Shown here: positions 6,667 to 16,825 of the stretch, piece by piece
Layout of the letters: every line of letters starts with the position of its first letter
Numbering within the stretch: position 1 is the first letter of the stretch
The notes under the pieces: model-generated
What the model was told of the DNA's origin: nothing
What the model saw: the letters and a program-made list of their open reading frames with translations, nothing else
Database searches by the model: none
Program-made: the position numbers and the translations under genes
NCBI GenBank assembly: GCA_021776525.1
Contig: JAJFFT010000004.1
Span: forward strand, 344,499 to 408,498
Reading direction: 5' to 3'
Source: Robiginitomaculum sp.
GTDB lineage: Bacteria; Pseudomonadota; Alphaproteobacteria; Caulobacterales; Maricaulaceae
DNA length: 64,000 nt

Positions 6667-8142
6667 ATGGAATTACAAAACAAAGCTACCAGTCTTTGGG
6701 GCGATTTTTTACGCGTTGATAAAGTACAAATCAGAACATTTCATGTGACATGGTTTGCATTCTTTTTATGTTTCTTTGCCTGGTTTGGCATTGCGCCGTT
6801 AATGGCCGTTGTTCGCGAAGAACTGTCGCTGACTAAGGAACAAATCGGGTGGACGATTATCGGGGCTGTTTCGGCAACGGTGTTCGCGCGAATACTCATT
6901 GGTTGGCTCTGTGACCATTATGGACCACGGCTCACCTATACATGGTTGCTGGTTCTGGCCTCTTTGCCGGTTATGGGCATTGGGCTGGCCCACGATTTCA
7001 CCACTTTCCTGATTTTCAGGATCTTAATCGGTGTCATCGGTGCCAGTTTTGTTATCACCCAATATCACACAACGAATATGTTTGCTCCAAATGTGGTTGG
7101 CCAGGCCAATGCGACCAGCGCCGGCTGGGGTAATCTGGGTGGCGGCGTGACCCAATTTGCCATGCCGATGATCTTTTCAATATTTGTTGTCGGCTTTGGT
7201 ACAACCGAGGCATTTGGCTGGCGGGCATCGATGGTGTTGGCCGGTGCAGTTATTCTGGTGACAGGTATCATCTATTATGTCTTCACACAGGATGCCCCTG
7301 ACGGCAGCTATAAAGAACTGCGCGCTCAAGGCAAAATGCCGGAAAGAAATAAATCAGCCGGCAACTTTTTTCATGCATTGAAAGATTATCGCGTCTGGAT
7401 GCTGTTTTTTATCTATGCCGCATGTTTTGGTATCGAACTGATCATCTTTGGCACTCTGGCCCTGTATTTCTTCGATTATTTTGGCCTCAATCTGGTCACC
7501 GCCGGTATGGTTGCCGCAAGCTTTGGTTTGATGAATATCTTTGCCCGGACACTGGGCGGCGTTTTTGGCGATAACTTCGCATCATTATGGGGCCTGAAAG
7601 GCCGTGCAACATGGCTGTTCATGACCTTGTTTGTTGAAGGTCTGGCCCTGATGCTGTTCTCGCAAATGAGCGTGCTATTCCTGGCCATTCCAACTTTGCT
7701 GTTCTTCTCATTGTTCACACAGATGTCAGAAGGCGCAACATTCTCGGTGGTTCCCTTTATTTCCAAGAGATCTCTGGGTGCGGTTGCCGGTGTTGTTGGT
7801 GCAGGCGGTAATGTCGGTGCTGTAGCCGCTGGTTTCCTGTTCAAGGGCGAGATGGATTGGCACACCTCATATCTCATTCTTGGGGCCTTGGTGACCTGTG
7901 CATCTTTCCTGGCATTGCTGATCCGCTTTAGCAAAGCCGACGAAATTGAAGCCGAGGAACGTTTTGACAGCGGCTTTACACGCCACAGAAAAGAAGCAGC
8001 ACGCAAACACCTCGAAGTGCTGGGTGTTGCCGATGAAGAGATTGACAAGATCAAAGTCTTTGGCAGCCGCGAAGCGCATGCGCTCAAACGGTTGGAGGCA
8101 CTGGGTGTGGATCTGAGCGATGTAAAGTTCAAACACAACTAG
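6667..8142 (+). CDS. narK: MFS nitrate/nitrite transporter (NarK1-type) with a 70-aa C-terminal extension
   Basis: 491 aa from an ATG preceded by GGAGG. It is a 12-TM MFS protein with NNP-family glycine-rich motifs (GWGNLGGG, GAGGNVGA). It lies directly upstream of narK2-narGHJI. Confidence 0.9.
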   Translation: MELQNKATSLWGDFLRVDKVQIRTFHVTWFAFFLCFFAWFGIAPLMAVVREELSLTKEQIGWTIIGAVSATVFARILIGWLCDHYGPRLTYTWLLVLASLPVMGIGLAHDFTTFLIFRILIGVIGASFVITQYHTTNMFAPNVVGQANATSAGWGNLGGGVTQFAMPMIFSIFVVGFGTTEAFGWRASMVLAGAVILVTGIIYYVFTQDAPDGSYKELRAQGKMPERNKSAGNFFHALKDYRVWMLFFIYAACFGIELIIFGTLALYFFDYFGLNLVTAGMVAASFGLMNIFARTLGGVFGDNFASLWGLKGRATWLFMTLFVEGLALMLFSQMSVLFLAIPTLLFFSLFTQMSEGATFSVVPFISKRSLGAVAGVVGAGGNVGAVAAGFLFKGEMDWHTSYLILGALVTCASFLALLIRFSKADEIEAEERFDSGFTRHRKEAARKHLEVLGVADEEIDKIKVFGSREAHALKRLEALGVDLSDVKFKHN

Positions 8143-8169
8143 AAAATGCCGCACAAGATAACGGAAAAA

Positions 8170-8195
8170 ACGGGGGTTTTGCCCCCGTTTTTTTG
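8170..8195 (+). terminator. rho-independent terminator after narK1
   Basis: An ACGGGGG-loop-CCCCCGT hairpin is followed by a run of 7 T. Confidence 0.75.
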
Positions 8196-8242
8196 TGCCT
8201 GTCCCATCTGATGGGCACACAAGATGTAAAAAAAGAGCATTT

Positions 8243-8256
8243 TTGACTTAGGTCAA
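8243..8256. promoter_or_regulatory. FNR/FixK-type box TTGACttagGTCAA upstream of narK2
   Basis: It is a perfect palindrome of the TTGA-N6-TCAA class. Its centre is about 97 nt upstream of the narK2 ATG and downstream of the narK1 terminator. Confidence 0.55.
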
Positions 8257-8345
8257 ACCGAATTTTGAAAAAGCTGGCACTTTGCGTTCAGCTGTTTGGG
8301 CGTTCGTCACTACGTCTGATCGTTTTCAAGAGAAGGAGCCAGGAT

Positions 8346-9953
8346 ATGGCTAAAGATCTTCAACAATGGAATCCGGAAGACGAAGCCGAATGGGCCTCGA
8401 CCGGTAAAGCCATTGCCAACCGAAATTTATGGATTTCCATTCCCGCGCTTTTGTGCGGGTTTGCTGTGTGGCTCTATTGGGGCATTATCACGGTGCAGAT
8501 GATCAATCTTGGTTATCCCTTTGCCAAGTCCGAGCTCTTTACCCTTGCCGCTATTGCGGGTCTGACCGGTGCAACATTGCGCATCCCCTCAACCTTCTTT
8601 ATCCGGCTGGCCGGTGGGCGTAACACCATCTTCTTCACCACCGCGCTTCTGATCCTGCCCGCCGCCGGCACAGGTTATTTGCTGCAAAACCCCGATACCC
8701 CGCTCTGGCAGTTCCAGCTGATGGCGCTCTTATCCGGTTTTGGCGGCGGTAACTTTGCCTCTTCAATGTCCAATATCAGCTTTTTCTTTCCTAAAAAAAT
8801 GGCGGGCTATTCGCTAGGTATGAATGCGGGCCTTGGCAATTTTGGTGTAACAACCATGCAAATCCTGGTGCCACTGGTGATGACCGCAGGCATTTTTGGC
8901 GGCGCGCCTATGGTGCTCAAAGCCACTTCAGGGACTTTGATCGGTAAAATTCCGGCCGGGACAGAAACCTATCTGCACAATGCCGGTTATATCTGGGTTG
9001 TCATCCTGATCCCGATCGTCATTGCCGCCTGGGTTGGTATGAACAATATCACCGCCAAGCACGTTTCACCCAATATTGGCTCACCCGCAGGTGCCTTTGC
9101 TAAAATCTCTGGCATGTTGCTGATTGGTTTTGCCACCTCGATCTTTGGTTTGTGGCTGATGCTGCCTGCCGGCGTTGGTGGGTCGGGCATGATGATCAGC
9201 AAATGGATTGTTTTACCGATCGTTATTGTGCTGACCGTGTTTGCACTGAAAATGATTCCAGGAGCGATCAAAGATAGCCTCAATCACCAATACAAAATCT
9301 TCAGCAACAAACACACTTGGGCGATGACGGTGATCTACACCATGACCTTTGGTTCTTTCATTGGTTACGCCGTGGCCTTTGGTCTTTCGATCAAAGTTGT
9401 ATTTGGCTTTCAACATGTGATGGTTGATGGGGTTATGACCCACAATTTGGCCAACCCTGATGGGCCAAGCGCCTTGATGTTTGCATGGACCGGGCCGTTC
9501 ATCGGTGCCCTGATCCGGCCTATCGGCGGCATGATTGCCGACAAAATGGGTGGTGCCAAAGTGACCCAAATCATTTCCGTGGTCATGGTCGGTGCCGCAC
9601 TGGGCGTCGCATATTATATGAAAGCGGCTTATGCCTCTGCTACTCCGCAGGATTATTTTGTGCCCTTCCTGGTACTGTTCCTGATCCTGTTTGCCGCCAC
9701 CGGCATTGGTAATGGCTCAACCTTTAGAACCATCGCTATGGTGTTCGATAAAGAACAGGCTGGGCCGGTTCTGGGGTGGACCTCTGCGGTTGCCGCATAC
9801 GGCGCCTTTATCATTCCCAAAGTGTTTGGCGAACAGATCAAAGCCACCACACCGGAATATGCGCTGTATGGTTTTGCTGCCTTTTATGCCCTGTGTATCT
9901 TGATCAACTGGTGGTTCTACCTTCGCAAAGACGCCTATGTGAAGAACCCATAA
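8346..9953 (+). CDS. narK: MFS nitrate/nitrite antiporter (NarK2-type)
   Basis: 535 aa from an ATG preceded by GGAG. It is a second, divergent NNP-family MFS protein (FGGGNFASSM, GIGNGSTFR motifs) immediately upstream of narG. Confidence 0.9.
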   Translation: MAKDLQQWNPEDEAEWASTGKAIANRNLWISIPALLCGFAVWLYWGIITVQMINLGYPFAKSELFTLAAIAGLTGATLRIPSTFFIRLAGGRNTIFFTTALLILPAAGTGYLLQNPDTPLWQFQLMALLSGFGGGNFASSMSNISFFFPKKMAGYSLGMNAGLGNFGVTTMQILVPLVMTAGIFGGAPMVLKATSGTLIGKIPAGTETYLHNAGYIWVVILIPIVIAAWVGMNNITAKHVSPNIGSPAGAFAKISGMLLIGFATSIFGLWLMLPAGVGGSGMMISKWIVLPIVIVLTVFALKMIPGAIKDSLNHQYKIFSNKHTWAMTVIYTMTFGSFIGYAVAFGLSIKVVFGFQHVMVDGVMTHNLANPDGPSALMFAWTGPFIGALIRPIGGMIADKMGGAKVTQIISVVMVGAALGVAYYMKAAYASATPQDYFVPFLVLFLILFAATGIGNGSTFRTIAMVFDKEQAGPVLGWTSAVAAYGAFIIPKVFGEQIKATTPEYALYGFAAFYALCILINWWFYLRKDAYVKNP

Positions 9954-9962
9954 AACCTCTGT

Positions 9963-9989
9963 CTGGCGGGCGTGAAATGCGCCCGCCAG
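9963..9989 (+). other. intercistronic GC-rich stem-loop between narK2 and narG
   Basis: A 10-bp perfect stem CTGGCGGGCG/CGCCCGCCAG encloses a 7-nt loop. No U-tract follows it. The 10-bp palindrome CTGATATCAG lies just downstream. Confidence 0.4.
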
Positions 9990-10034
9990 TCTTATCTGAT
10001 ATCAGCGAATACGAACTCTTAAGGACAAAGATCC

Positions 10035-13000
10035 ATGAGCAATTTTATCGACAGACTGACTTATTTTTCAAAAGTCGACGGCAAGTTTTCAAACGGTCAC
10101 GGTATTACCACGACCGAGGCCAGAGACTGGGAAAAAGCCTATCGTGGACGCTGGGCGCACGACAAAATTGTACGCTCCACCCATGGGGTGAATTGCACCG
10201 GCTCATGTAGTTGGAAGATCTATGTCAAAAACGGTCTGGTGACCTGGGAAACCCAACAAACCGACTATCCGCGTACCCGGCCCGACATGCCCAATCATGA
10301 ACCACGTGGTTGTTCGCGCGGGGCCAGTTATTCCTGGTATCTCTATTCTGCGGCGCGGTTGAAATTTCCGCTGATCCGTTCCCGCCTTTTGAAGCTTTAT
10401 CGCGAAGCCAAGGCCGAACTGGGTGATCCGGTTCTGGCCTGGGGCAGCATTGTTTCAGATCCCGCCAAAGCCAATGACTATAAAAAAATGCGCGGTCTGG
10501 GCGGGTTTGTACGCGCCAATTGGGACGAAGTGAACGAAATCACCGCTGCAGCTAATATCTACACCACCAAAACCTATGGCCCGGACCGGGTGTTTGGCTT
10601 CTCGCCAATCCCGGCTATGTCGATGGTGTCTTATGCTGCGGGCTCGCGTTATTTGTCGCTCATGGGCGGGGTCTGCCTCAGCTTTTATGACTGGTATTGC
10701 GATCTGCCTCCATCAAGCCCGCAAACCTGGGGCGAGCAAACCGACGTGCCCGAAAGCGCCGACTGGTTCAACTCCTCCTATATTATCGCCTGGGGTTCCA
10801 ACGTGCCGCAAACCCGCACCCCGGATGCCCATTTCTTCACCGAGGTGCGTTATAAAGGCACCAAGACCGTATCCGTCACCCCGGATTATTCCGAAGTCGC
10901 CAAGCTGACGGATATCTGGCTGAACCCGCGCCAAGGCACCGATGCGGCCATGGCCATGGCCATGGGGCACGTGGTGTTCAAGGAATTCCATCTGGGCAAC
11001 AAGTCCGAATACTTTACTGATTACGTCCGTAATTATTCCGACATGCCGATGCAGGTTTTGCTGGAGAAGAAGGGCGGCCATTACGTGCCGACTCGCAATC
11101 TGCGCGCCTCGGACTTTACGGGGGCTTTGAAGGTCAAAAATAATGCCGAATGGAAATCGGTTATTTTCGATGAAAGTTCGCAAAGCCACCGGGTGCCAAA
11201 CGGCACCATCGGTTCGCGCTGGGGCGAAGAAGGCAAATGGAATCTTGAGGCCAAGGATAACGCCACCGGCGAAGATATCTGGCCCAATTTGAGCAATATC
11301 GACAATCCTGACGAGGTACTGGACGTCGCCTTCCCATATTTTGGTAATCAGGAACACGAAAGCAAAATTTTTGCCCATACAGACCATGACAGCGTACAGG
11401 TCCGTAAACTTCCCGTCCGCAAGGTTTCACTAAAAGGCAAAAAAACCGCTTATGTGGCAACCGTGTATGATCTGATGGCCGCAAATTACGGTATTGATCG
11501 TGGCCTTGGCGGCGACAATGTCGCCACCGGCTTTGACGACAATGTGCCTTATACACCGGCATGGGCCGAGGCCATTACGGGCGTGTCGGCTGATAAAATT
11601 ATTCAGGTGGCCCGCGAATTTGCGCAAAATGCCGACAAGACCCGTGGCCGCTCGATGGTCATTCTGGGCGCTGCGATCAATCACTGGTACCATATGGATA
11701 TGACCTATCGGGGGATTATGAATCTTCTGATGATGTGCGGGTGTATCGGTAAATCCGGTGGTGGCTGGGCGCACTATGTTGGGCAGGAAAAATTGCGCCC
11801 GCAAACCGGCTGGTTGCCATTGGCCTTTGGGCTGGATTGGAACCGTCCGCCACGGCAAATGAACTCGACCTCGTTCTTCTATAACCATTCCAACCAATGG
11901 CGTTATGAAAAACTGGGCGTTGATGAAATTCTTTCGCCGCTTGCCGATGCAGACAAATGGAAAAACCATTCATTGATTGACTGCAATGTACGCTCGGAAC
12001 GTATGGGCTGGTTACCATCAGCGCCGCAATTGGACGAAAATCCGCTGGGGCTGGCCGCCAAGGCCGCTGCGGCAGGTCAATCCACCAAGGATTATGTCAC
12101 CGCACAGCTGAAAGCGGGCGATCTGCAATTTGCAGCCGAAGACCCGGACAAAGAGGATAATTTCCCGCGCAACCTGTTTGTTTGGCGCTCTAACATTCTG
12201 GGCTCATCCGGCAAGGGGCACGAATACATGCTGCGCCATTTGCTGGGTGCTCAGAACGGTGTGATGAGCGACGATCTGGACGAAATGGGGGCTGAAAAAC
12301 CCGCCGAAGTGAAGTGGCACAAGGACGCACCCGAAGGCAAACTTGACCTGGTGGTGACGCTTGATTTTCGTATGTCGACCACGGCGGTTTATTCGGACAT
12401 CGTTATGCCGACCGCCACATGGTACGAAAAGAACGACCTGAACACCTCGGATATGCACCCCTTTATTCACCCGCTATCGCGCGCCGTGGACCCGGCCTGG
12501 GAAAGCCGCTCGGATTGGGACATTTTCAAAGGTCTGGCCCGTAAGTTCTCGGAAATCTGCCCCGGTCATCTGGGTGTTGAAACCGATCTGGTGACCGTGC
12601 CGATCTTGCACGACACCCCCGGAGAGCTGGGACAGGCGCTGGGCGTTTCTGACTGGAAAAAAGGCGAATGTGACCCGGTGCCCGGTAAATCCATGCCAAA
12701 CCTTGTCGAGGTAGAGCGCGATTACCCCAACCTTTACAAGAAGTTCACATCCCTGGGTCCACTTTTGTCTAAACTGGGCAATGGCGGCAAGGGTATTGGC
12801 TGGAATACCGAATCCGAGGTCGAACTGCTGGGTAAGCTCAATAAAACAGTACGCGAGGAAGGCGTTTCACACGGCCAGCCGCGTATCGAAAGCGACATTG
12901 ATGCAACCGAGGTGATCTTGTCTCTGGCCCCTGAAACCAATGGTCAGGTGGCGGTCAAAGCCTGGGCCGCCTTGTCCAAAATGACCGGACGGGATCATAC

Positions 13001-13826
13001 CCATCTGGCCCGGCCCAAAGAGGACGAGAAAATCCGCTTTCGGGATATTCAGGCCCAGCCGCGCAAGATCATTTCTTCGCCAACATGGTCTGGCCTTGAG
13101 GATGAGCATGTCAGCTATAATGCCTGTTATACCAATGTGCACGAGCTGATCCCGTGGCGCACGTTGACGGGGCGCCAGCACTTCTATCAGGATCATGAAT
13201 GGATGCGTGATTTCGGTGAAGGTTTGTGTGTTTACAAACCCCCGATCTCGACCCGCACCATCACCAATTCGGTGAAATCTCGCGGTGGTGATGCCAAACA
13301 GATCACGCTGAACTGGATCACCCCGCACCAGAAATGGGGGATCCACTCGACCTATTCGGACAACCTTTTGCTGCTCACCATGAACAGGGGCGGACCGGTG
13401 GTCTGGCTCTCGGAAACTGATGCACGCAAAGTGGACGTGGCCGATAATGACTGGATCGAGCTTTATAACGTCAATGGCGCCATCACCGCCCGTGCGGTGG
13501 TTAGCCAACGTGTGCCCGAAGGCATGTGCATGATGTATCATGCCCAGGAAAAGACCATGAATACCCCAGGCAGCCGCATTACCGGCAAGCGCGGCGGCAT
13601 TCATAATTCGGTCACCCGCGCGGTGGTCAAACCCACTCATATGATCGGCGGCTATGCGCAGCTTTCTTATGGCTTCAATTATTACGGCACCGTTGGGTCA
13701 AACCGTGATGAGTTTGTCATCTTGCGTAAAACCAACACGGTGGACTGGATGGAAGAACCATACGTCGAAGGCCAACCCATCAATACGCCAAAAGTTTCGC
13801 CTGCAGACAAGGAGGCAGCCCAATGA
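10035..13826 (+). CDS. narG: respiratory nitrate reductase alpha subunit
   Basis: 1263 aa. It has the N-terminal vestigial Tat-like segment, the FS0 ligand motif HGVNCTGSCSW (H-x3-C-x3-C), and molybdopterin oxidoreductase domains throughout. Confidence 0.98.
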   Translation: MSNFIDRLTYFSKVDGKFSNGHGITTTEARDWEKAYRGRWAHDKIVRSTHGVNCTGSCSWKIYVKNGLVTWETQQTDYPRTRPDMPNHEPRGCSRGASYSWYLYSAARLKFPLIRSRLLKLYREAKAELGDPVLAWGSIVSDPAKANDYKKMRGLGGFVRANWDEVNEITAAANIYTTKTYGPDRVFGFSPIPAMSMVSYAAGSRYLSLMGGVCLSFYDWYCDLPPSSPQTWGEQTDVPESADWFNSSYIIAWGSNVPQTRTPDAHFFTEVRYKGTKTVSVTPDYSEVAKLTDIWLNPRQGTDAAMAMAMGHVVFKEFHLGNKSEYFTDYVRNYSDMPMQVLLEKKGGHYVPTRNLRASDFTGALKVKNNAEWKSVIFDESSQSHRVPNGTIGSRWGEEGKWNLEAKDNATGEDIWPNLSNIDNPDEVLDVAFPYFGNQEHESKIFAHTDHDSVQVRKLPVRKVSLKGKKTAYVATVYDLMAANYGIDRGLGGDNVATGFDDNVPYTPAWAEAITGVSADKIIQVAREFAQNADKTRGRSMVILGAAINHWYHMDMTYRGIMNLLMMCGCIGKSGGGWAHYVGQEKLRPQTGWLPLAFGLDWNRPPRQMNSTSFFYNHSNQWRYEKLGVDEILSPLADADKWKNHSLIDCNVRSERMGWLPSAPQLDENPLGLAAKAAAAGQSTKDYVTAQLKAGDLQFAAEDPDKEDNFPRNLFVWRSNILGSSGKGHEYMLRHLLGAQNGVMSDDLDEMGAEKPAEVKWHKDAPEGKLDLVVTLDFRMSTTAVYSDIVMPTATWYEKNDLNTSDMHPFIHPLSRAVDPAWESRSDWDIFKGLARKFSEICPGHLGVETDLVTVPILHDTPGELGQALGVSDWKKGECDPVPGKSMPNLVEVERDYPNLYKKFTSLGPLLSKLGNGGKGIGWNTESEVELLGKLNKTVREEGVSHGQPRIESDIDATEVILSLAPETNGQVAVKAWAALSKMTGRDHTHLARPKEDEKIRFRDIQAQPRKIISSPTWSGLEDEHVSYNACYTNVHELIPWRTLTGRQHFYQDHEWMRDFGEGLCVYKPPISTRTITNSVKSRGGDAKQITLNWITPHQKWGIHSTYSDNLLLLTMNRGGPVVWLSETDARKVDVADNDWIELYNVNGAITARAVVSQRVPEGMCMMYHAQEKTMNTPGSRITGKRGGIHNSVTRAVVKPTHMIGGYAQLSYGFNYYGTVGSNRDEFVILRKTNTVDWMEEPYVEGQPINTPKVSPADKEAAQ

Positions 13827-15391
13827 CTATTCGTGCACAAATCGGCATGGTCCTGAATTTGGACAAATGCATTGGCTGTCACACCTGTTCCATCACCTGT
13901 AAAAACGTGTGGACCAGCCGCGGCGGCGTTGAATACGCTTGGTTCAACAATGTGGAAAGCAAGCCCGGTGTTGGTTATCCGCGCAATTGGGAAGACCAGT
14001 CTGAGTGGAAAGGCGGATGGGAGCTGAACAAGGCCGGTAAGTTGAAGCCAAAAATCGGTGGCAAACTCGGGGTTCTCTCCAACATTTTTGCCAATCCCGA
14101 CCTGCCTTTGATCGACGATTATTACGAGCCATTTACCTATGAGTATGACCATCTGAAAACTGCCAAGGAGAGCAAAGCGGTTCCCACGGCGCGGATGAAA
14201 TCGGCGATTACCGGCAAGTTCAAGGAAAAACCGGATTGGGGCGTCAACTGGGAGGAGATCCTGGGCGGTGAATTCGAAAAACGCTCGAAAGACTATAATT
14301 TCGACAAAATTCAAAAAGATATTTACGGCGAGTTTGAAAATACATTCATGATGTATTTGCCGCGTCTGTGCGAACATTGTCTGAACCCATCGTGTGTGGC
14401 CTCATGTCCCTCTGGCGCGATCTATAAGCGCGAGGAAGATGGTATTGTTCTGATCGATCAGGATAAGTGCCGGGGCTGGCGTATGTGTGTTTCGGGCTGC
14501 CCTTACAAGAAAATTTACTTCAATTGGCAGTCTGGTAAATCTGAAAAATGTACCTTCTGTTATCCTCGTATCGAGGCCGGCGAGCCAACCGTGTGTTCGG
14601 AAACCTGTGTCGGGCGTATTCGGTATCTGGGCGTGCTTTTGTATGATTCAGACAAGATCGAGGAAGCTGCATCAGCCAAGGAAGAAACAGATCTCTATCA
14701 AAGCCAGTGTGATCTCTTTTTGGACCCTCATGATCCCGAGGTGATCAAACAGGCGCTGGCCGATGGCGTGCCGCAAAGCTGGATTGACGGGGCGCAAAAT
14801 TCGCCGGTCTATAAAATGGCGATGGAATGGAAGATTGCCTTCCCGCTGCACCCTGAATATCGCACGCTGCCTATGGTTTGGTATGTGCCGCCGCTTTCGC
14901 CGATTCAATCGGCGGCCGAGGCCGGCCATCTGGACCAGAACGGCATGTTGCCCGATGTGCGCCAATTGCGCATCCCGACAAAATATCTGGCCAATTTGCT
15001 GACAGCAGGGGATGAAGAACCAGTGATCAGCGCGTTGGAACGGATGATGGCTATGCGGCTTTATATGCGCGGCAAAACCGTTGACGGGGTCGAAGATCCC
15101 GCCGTTCTGGAACAGGTCGGCATGTCAGAGGACGACATGAATGACATGTACCAGTTGATGGCGATTGCCAATTACGAGGACCGTTTTGTCATTCCGACCA
15201 ATCACCGCGAATACGCCGGTGATGGGCCGTTTGATCAGGAAATTGCCTTCTCGGCACGCTCTGAATGCGGCTTCTCTTTTGGTAATGGTTGTAATACGGG
15301 GGCGAAGAAAAAAACCAATCTCTTTGGTACCCAGACCCATAACAATACGCTTAGCGGGACACCGCGCAAAGGTCCGGGAGGCCAGTCATGA
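13823..15391 (+). CDS. narH: respiratory nitrate reductase beta subunit
   Basis: 522 aa with four Fe-S Cys groups (CIGCHTCSITC, CEHCLNPSCVASCP, CRGWRMCVSGCP, CTFCYPRIEAGEPTVCSETC). It overlaps narG by 4 nt. Confidence 0.98.
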   Translation: MTIRAQIGMVLNLDKCIGCHTCSITCKNVWTSRGGVEYAWFNNVESKPGVGYPRNWEDQSEWKGGWELNKAGKLKPKIGGKLGVLSNIFANPDLPLIDDYYEPFTYEYDHLKTAKESKAVPTARMKSAITGKFKEKPDWGVNWEEILGGEFEKRSKDYNFDKIQKDIYGEFENTFMMYLPRLCEHCLNPSCVASCPSGAIYKREEDGIVLIDQDKCRGWRMCVSGCPYKKIYFNWQSGKSEKCTFCYPRIEAGEPTVCSETCVGRIRYLGVLLYDSDKIEEAASAKEETDLYQSQCDLFLDPHDPEVIKQALADGVPQSWIDGAQNSPVYKMAMEWKIAFPLHPEYRTLPMVWYVPPLSPIQSAAEAGHLDQNGMLPDVRQLRIPTKYLANLLTAGDEEPVISALERMMAMRLYMRGKTVDGVEDPAVLEQVGMSEDDMNDMYQLMAIANYEDRFVIPTNHREYAGDGPFDQEIAFSARSECGFSFGNGCNTGAKKKTNLFGTQTHNNTLSGTPRKGPGGQS

Positions 15392-16053
15392 GAAGCTTTC
15401 GTGTTTTATCACATTTGCTGACCTATCCACAGGCTGACTGGGTCGGCCATATGGATGAGTTAAAAGAGGCCATTACAGACGAAGGTCTGGTCAAGGGCAA
15501 AACTTTGAAAAACCTGCTTGCCTTTATGGACGAGCTGGCCACCACAGACTTGATGGAAGCGCAAGAAAGCTATGTCGAGCTGTTTGACCGGGGGCGGGCA
15601 CATTGCCTGCATCTGTTCGAACATGTGCATGGCGAATCGCGGTTTCGTGGTCAGGCGATGATCGAACTGGCCGATAAGTATCAGGAAAAAGGGCTGCAAA
15701 TCGGCACCGGAGAATTGCCGGATTATTTGCCTTTGTTTTTGGAATTTATCTCTATTTGTGAGCCAGAAGAGGGCCTTGAAACTCTGGGGCAGGCCGCACC
15801 GGTGATTGCCACGATTGGCGAGAAACTGAAACGCGGTAAATCCGGTTATGCCTCTGTCATGACTGCCATTGTTGCGCTGTCGGGCGTAAAACTTAGCAAG
15901 GCAGAACTGGAAAAGGCGGCTGATGCAGCCTTGCCCGACATCCAAACACTGGACGAACTGGACGAGCAATGGAAGGAGCCCGAAGCCTTTACCGGGGCGC
16001 CCGATTGCGGCACCTGTGAAACTGGCGAAACCCCCACACTGGGAGCATTATAA
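15388..16053 (+). CDS. narJ: nitrate reductase molybdenum cofactor assembly chaperone
   Basis: 221 aa, NarJ/TorD-like (YVELFDRGRAHCLHLFEHVHGESR). It is translationally coupled on both sides. Confidence 0.9.
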   Translation: MRSFRVLSHLLTYPQADWVGHMDELKEAITDEGLVKGKTLKNLLAFMDELATTDLMEAQESYVELFDRGRAHCLHLFEHVHGESRFRGQAMIELADKYQEKGLQIGTGELPDYLPLFLEFISICEPEEGLETLGQAAPVIATIGEKLKRGKSGYASVMTAIVALSGVKLSKAELEKAADAALPDIQTLDELDEQWKEPEAFTGAPDCGTCETGETPTLGAL

Positions 16054-16736
16054 TGGCCGAATATATGAACACCTTTTTCTTTGGCATATATCCTTATATT
16101 GCCATTTTGACGATGATCGTCGGCTCGGTCCTGCGCTATGATCAAGACCCTTATTCTTGGAAAGCAGACAGCTCACAGTTGTTACACCGCAAGGGTTTGC
16201 GTGTGGGGAGTAATCTTTTCCACGTCGGCATTTTGTTGCTCTTTGCAGGTCATTTTGTTGGCCTTTTAACGCCGCACTGGGCTTATGAGCCGTTTATCAC
16301 AGCTGGTCAGAAACAAATTCTGGCGATGACGGCGGGCGGTATTTTTGGCTCTATGGCCTTTATCGGTATGACCATATTGATCTGGCGACGGACCACACAA
16401 GACCGGGTGCGGGCCACCACCAAATTTATGGATATGGCCATTTTGCTGATCCTCTTTGTGCAATTGGTGCTGGGTCTTTTAACAATTCCACAAAGCGCCA
16501 AGCACCTGGATGGCTCATCCATGATTGCTTTGGCCGAATGGGCACAGCATATCGTCACCTTTAGAGGCGGCGCCGCAGAGTTCATTACCGAAGAGGCGCT
16601 GGTCTTCAAACTGCACATTGTGCTGGGCCTGACCATCTTCCTCATCTTCCCATTCACGCGACTGGTGCACATGGTCAGTGCACCGTACAAATATATCTTG
16701 CGCTCTGGCTACCAGATCGTCCGCAAACGCGGCTAA
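16053..16736 (+). CDS. narI: respiratory nitrate reductase gamma subunit (dihaem cytochrome b)
   Basis: 227 aa with 5 predicted TM helices and the conserved His residues in helices II and V (FHVGILLLFAGHF; RLVHMVSAP). Confidence 0.95.
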   Translation: MAEYMNTFFFGIYPYIAILTMIVGSVLRYDQDPYSWKADSSQLLHRKGLRVGSNLFHVGILLLFAGHFVGLLTPHWAYEPFITAGQKQILAMTAGGIFGSMAFIGMTILIWRRTTQDRVRATTKFMDMAILLILFVQLVLGLLTIPQSAKHLDGSSMIALAEWAQHIVTFRGGAAEFITEEALVFKLHIVLGLTIFLIFPFTRLVHMVSAPYKYILRSGYQIVRKRG

Positions 16737-16762
16737 GATGTGTGCGAAAACCATCTGGAAGA

Positions 16763-16787
16763 GGGGAGCCATTGGCTCCCCTTTTTT
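16763..16787 (+). terminator. rho-independent terminator after narI
   Basis: A GGGGAGCC-att-GGCTCCCC hairpin is followed by TTTTTT. Confidence 0.8.
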
Positions 16788-16825
16788 GTGTGTTCCATAG
16801 GCTGCGACCTTTTGTCCACGAGGGT

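Noticed and set aside
10713-13640. Several 170-260-aa ORFs antisense to or out of frame with narG (10713-11387, 11430-11969, 12867-13640).
   Set aside because: All are embedded in the unambiguous narG frame. Their translations are Arg/Gly/His-rich with no recognisable motifs.
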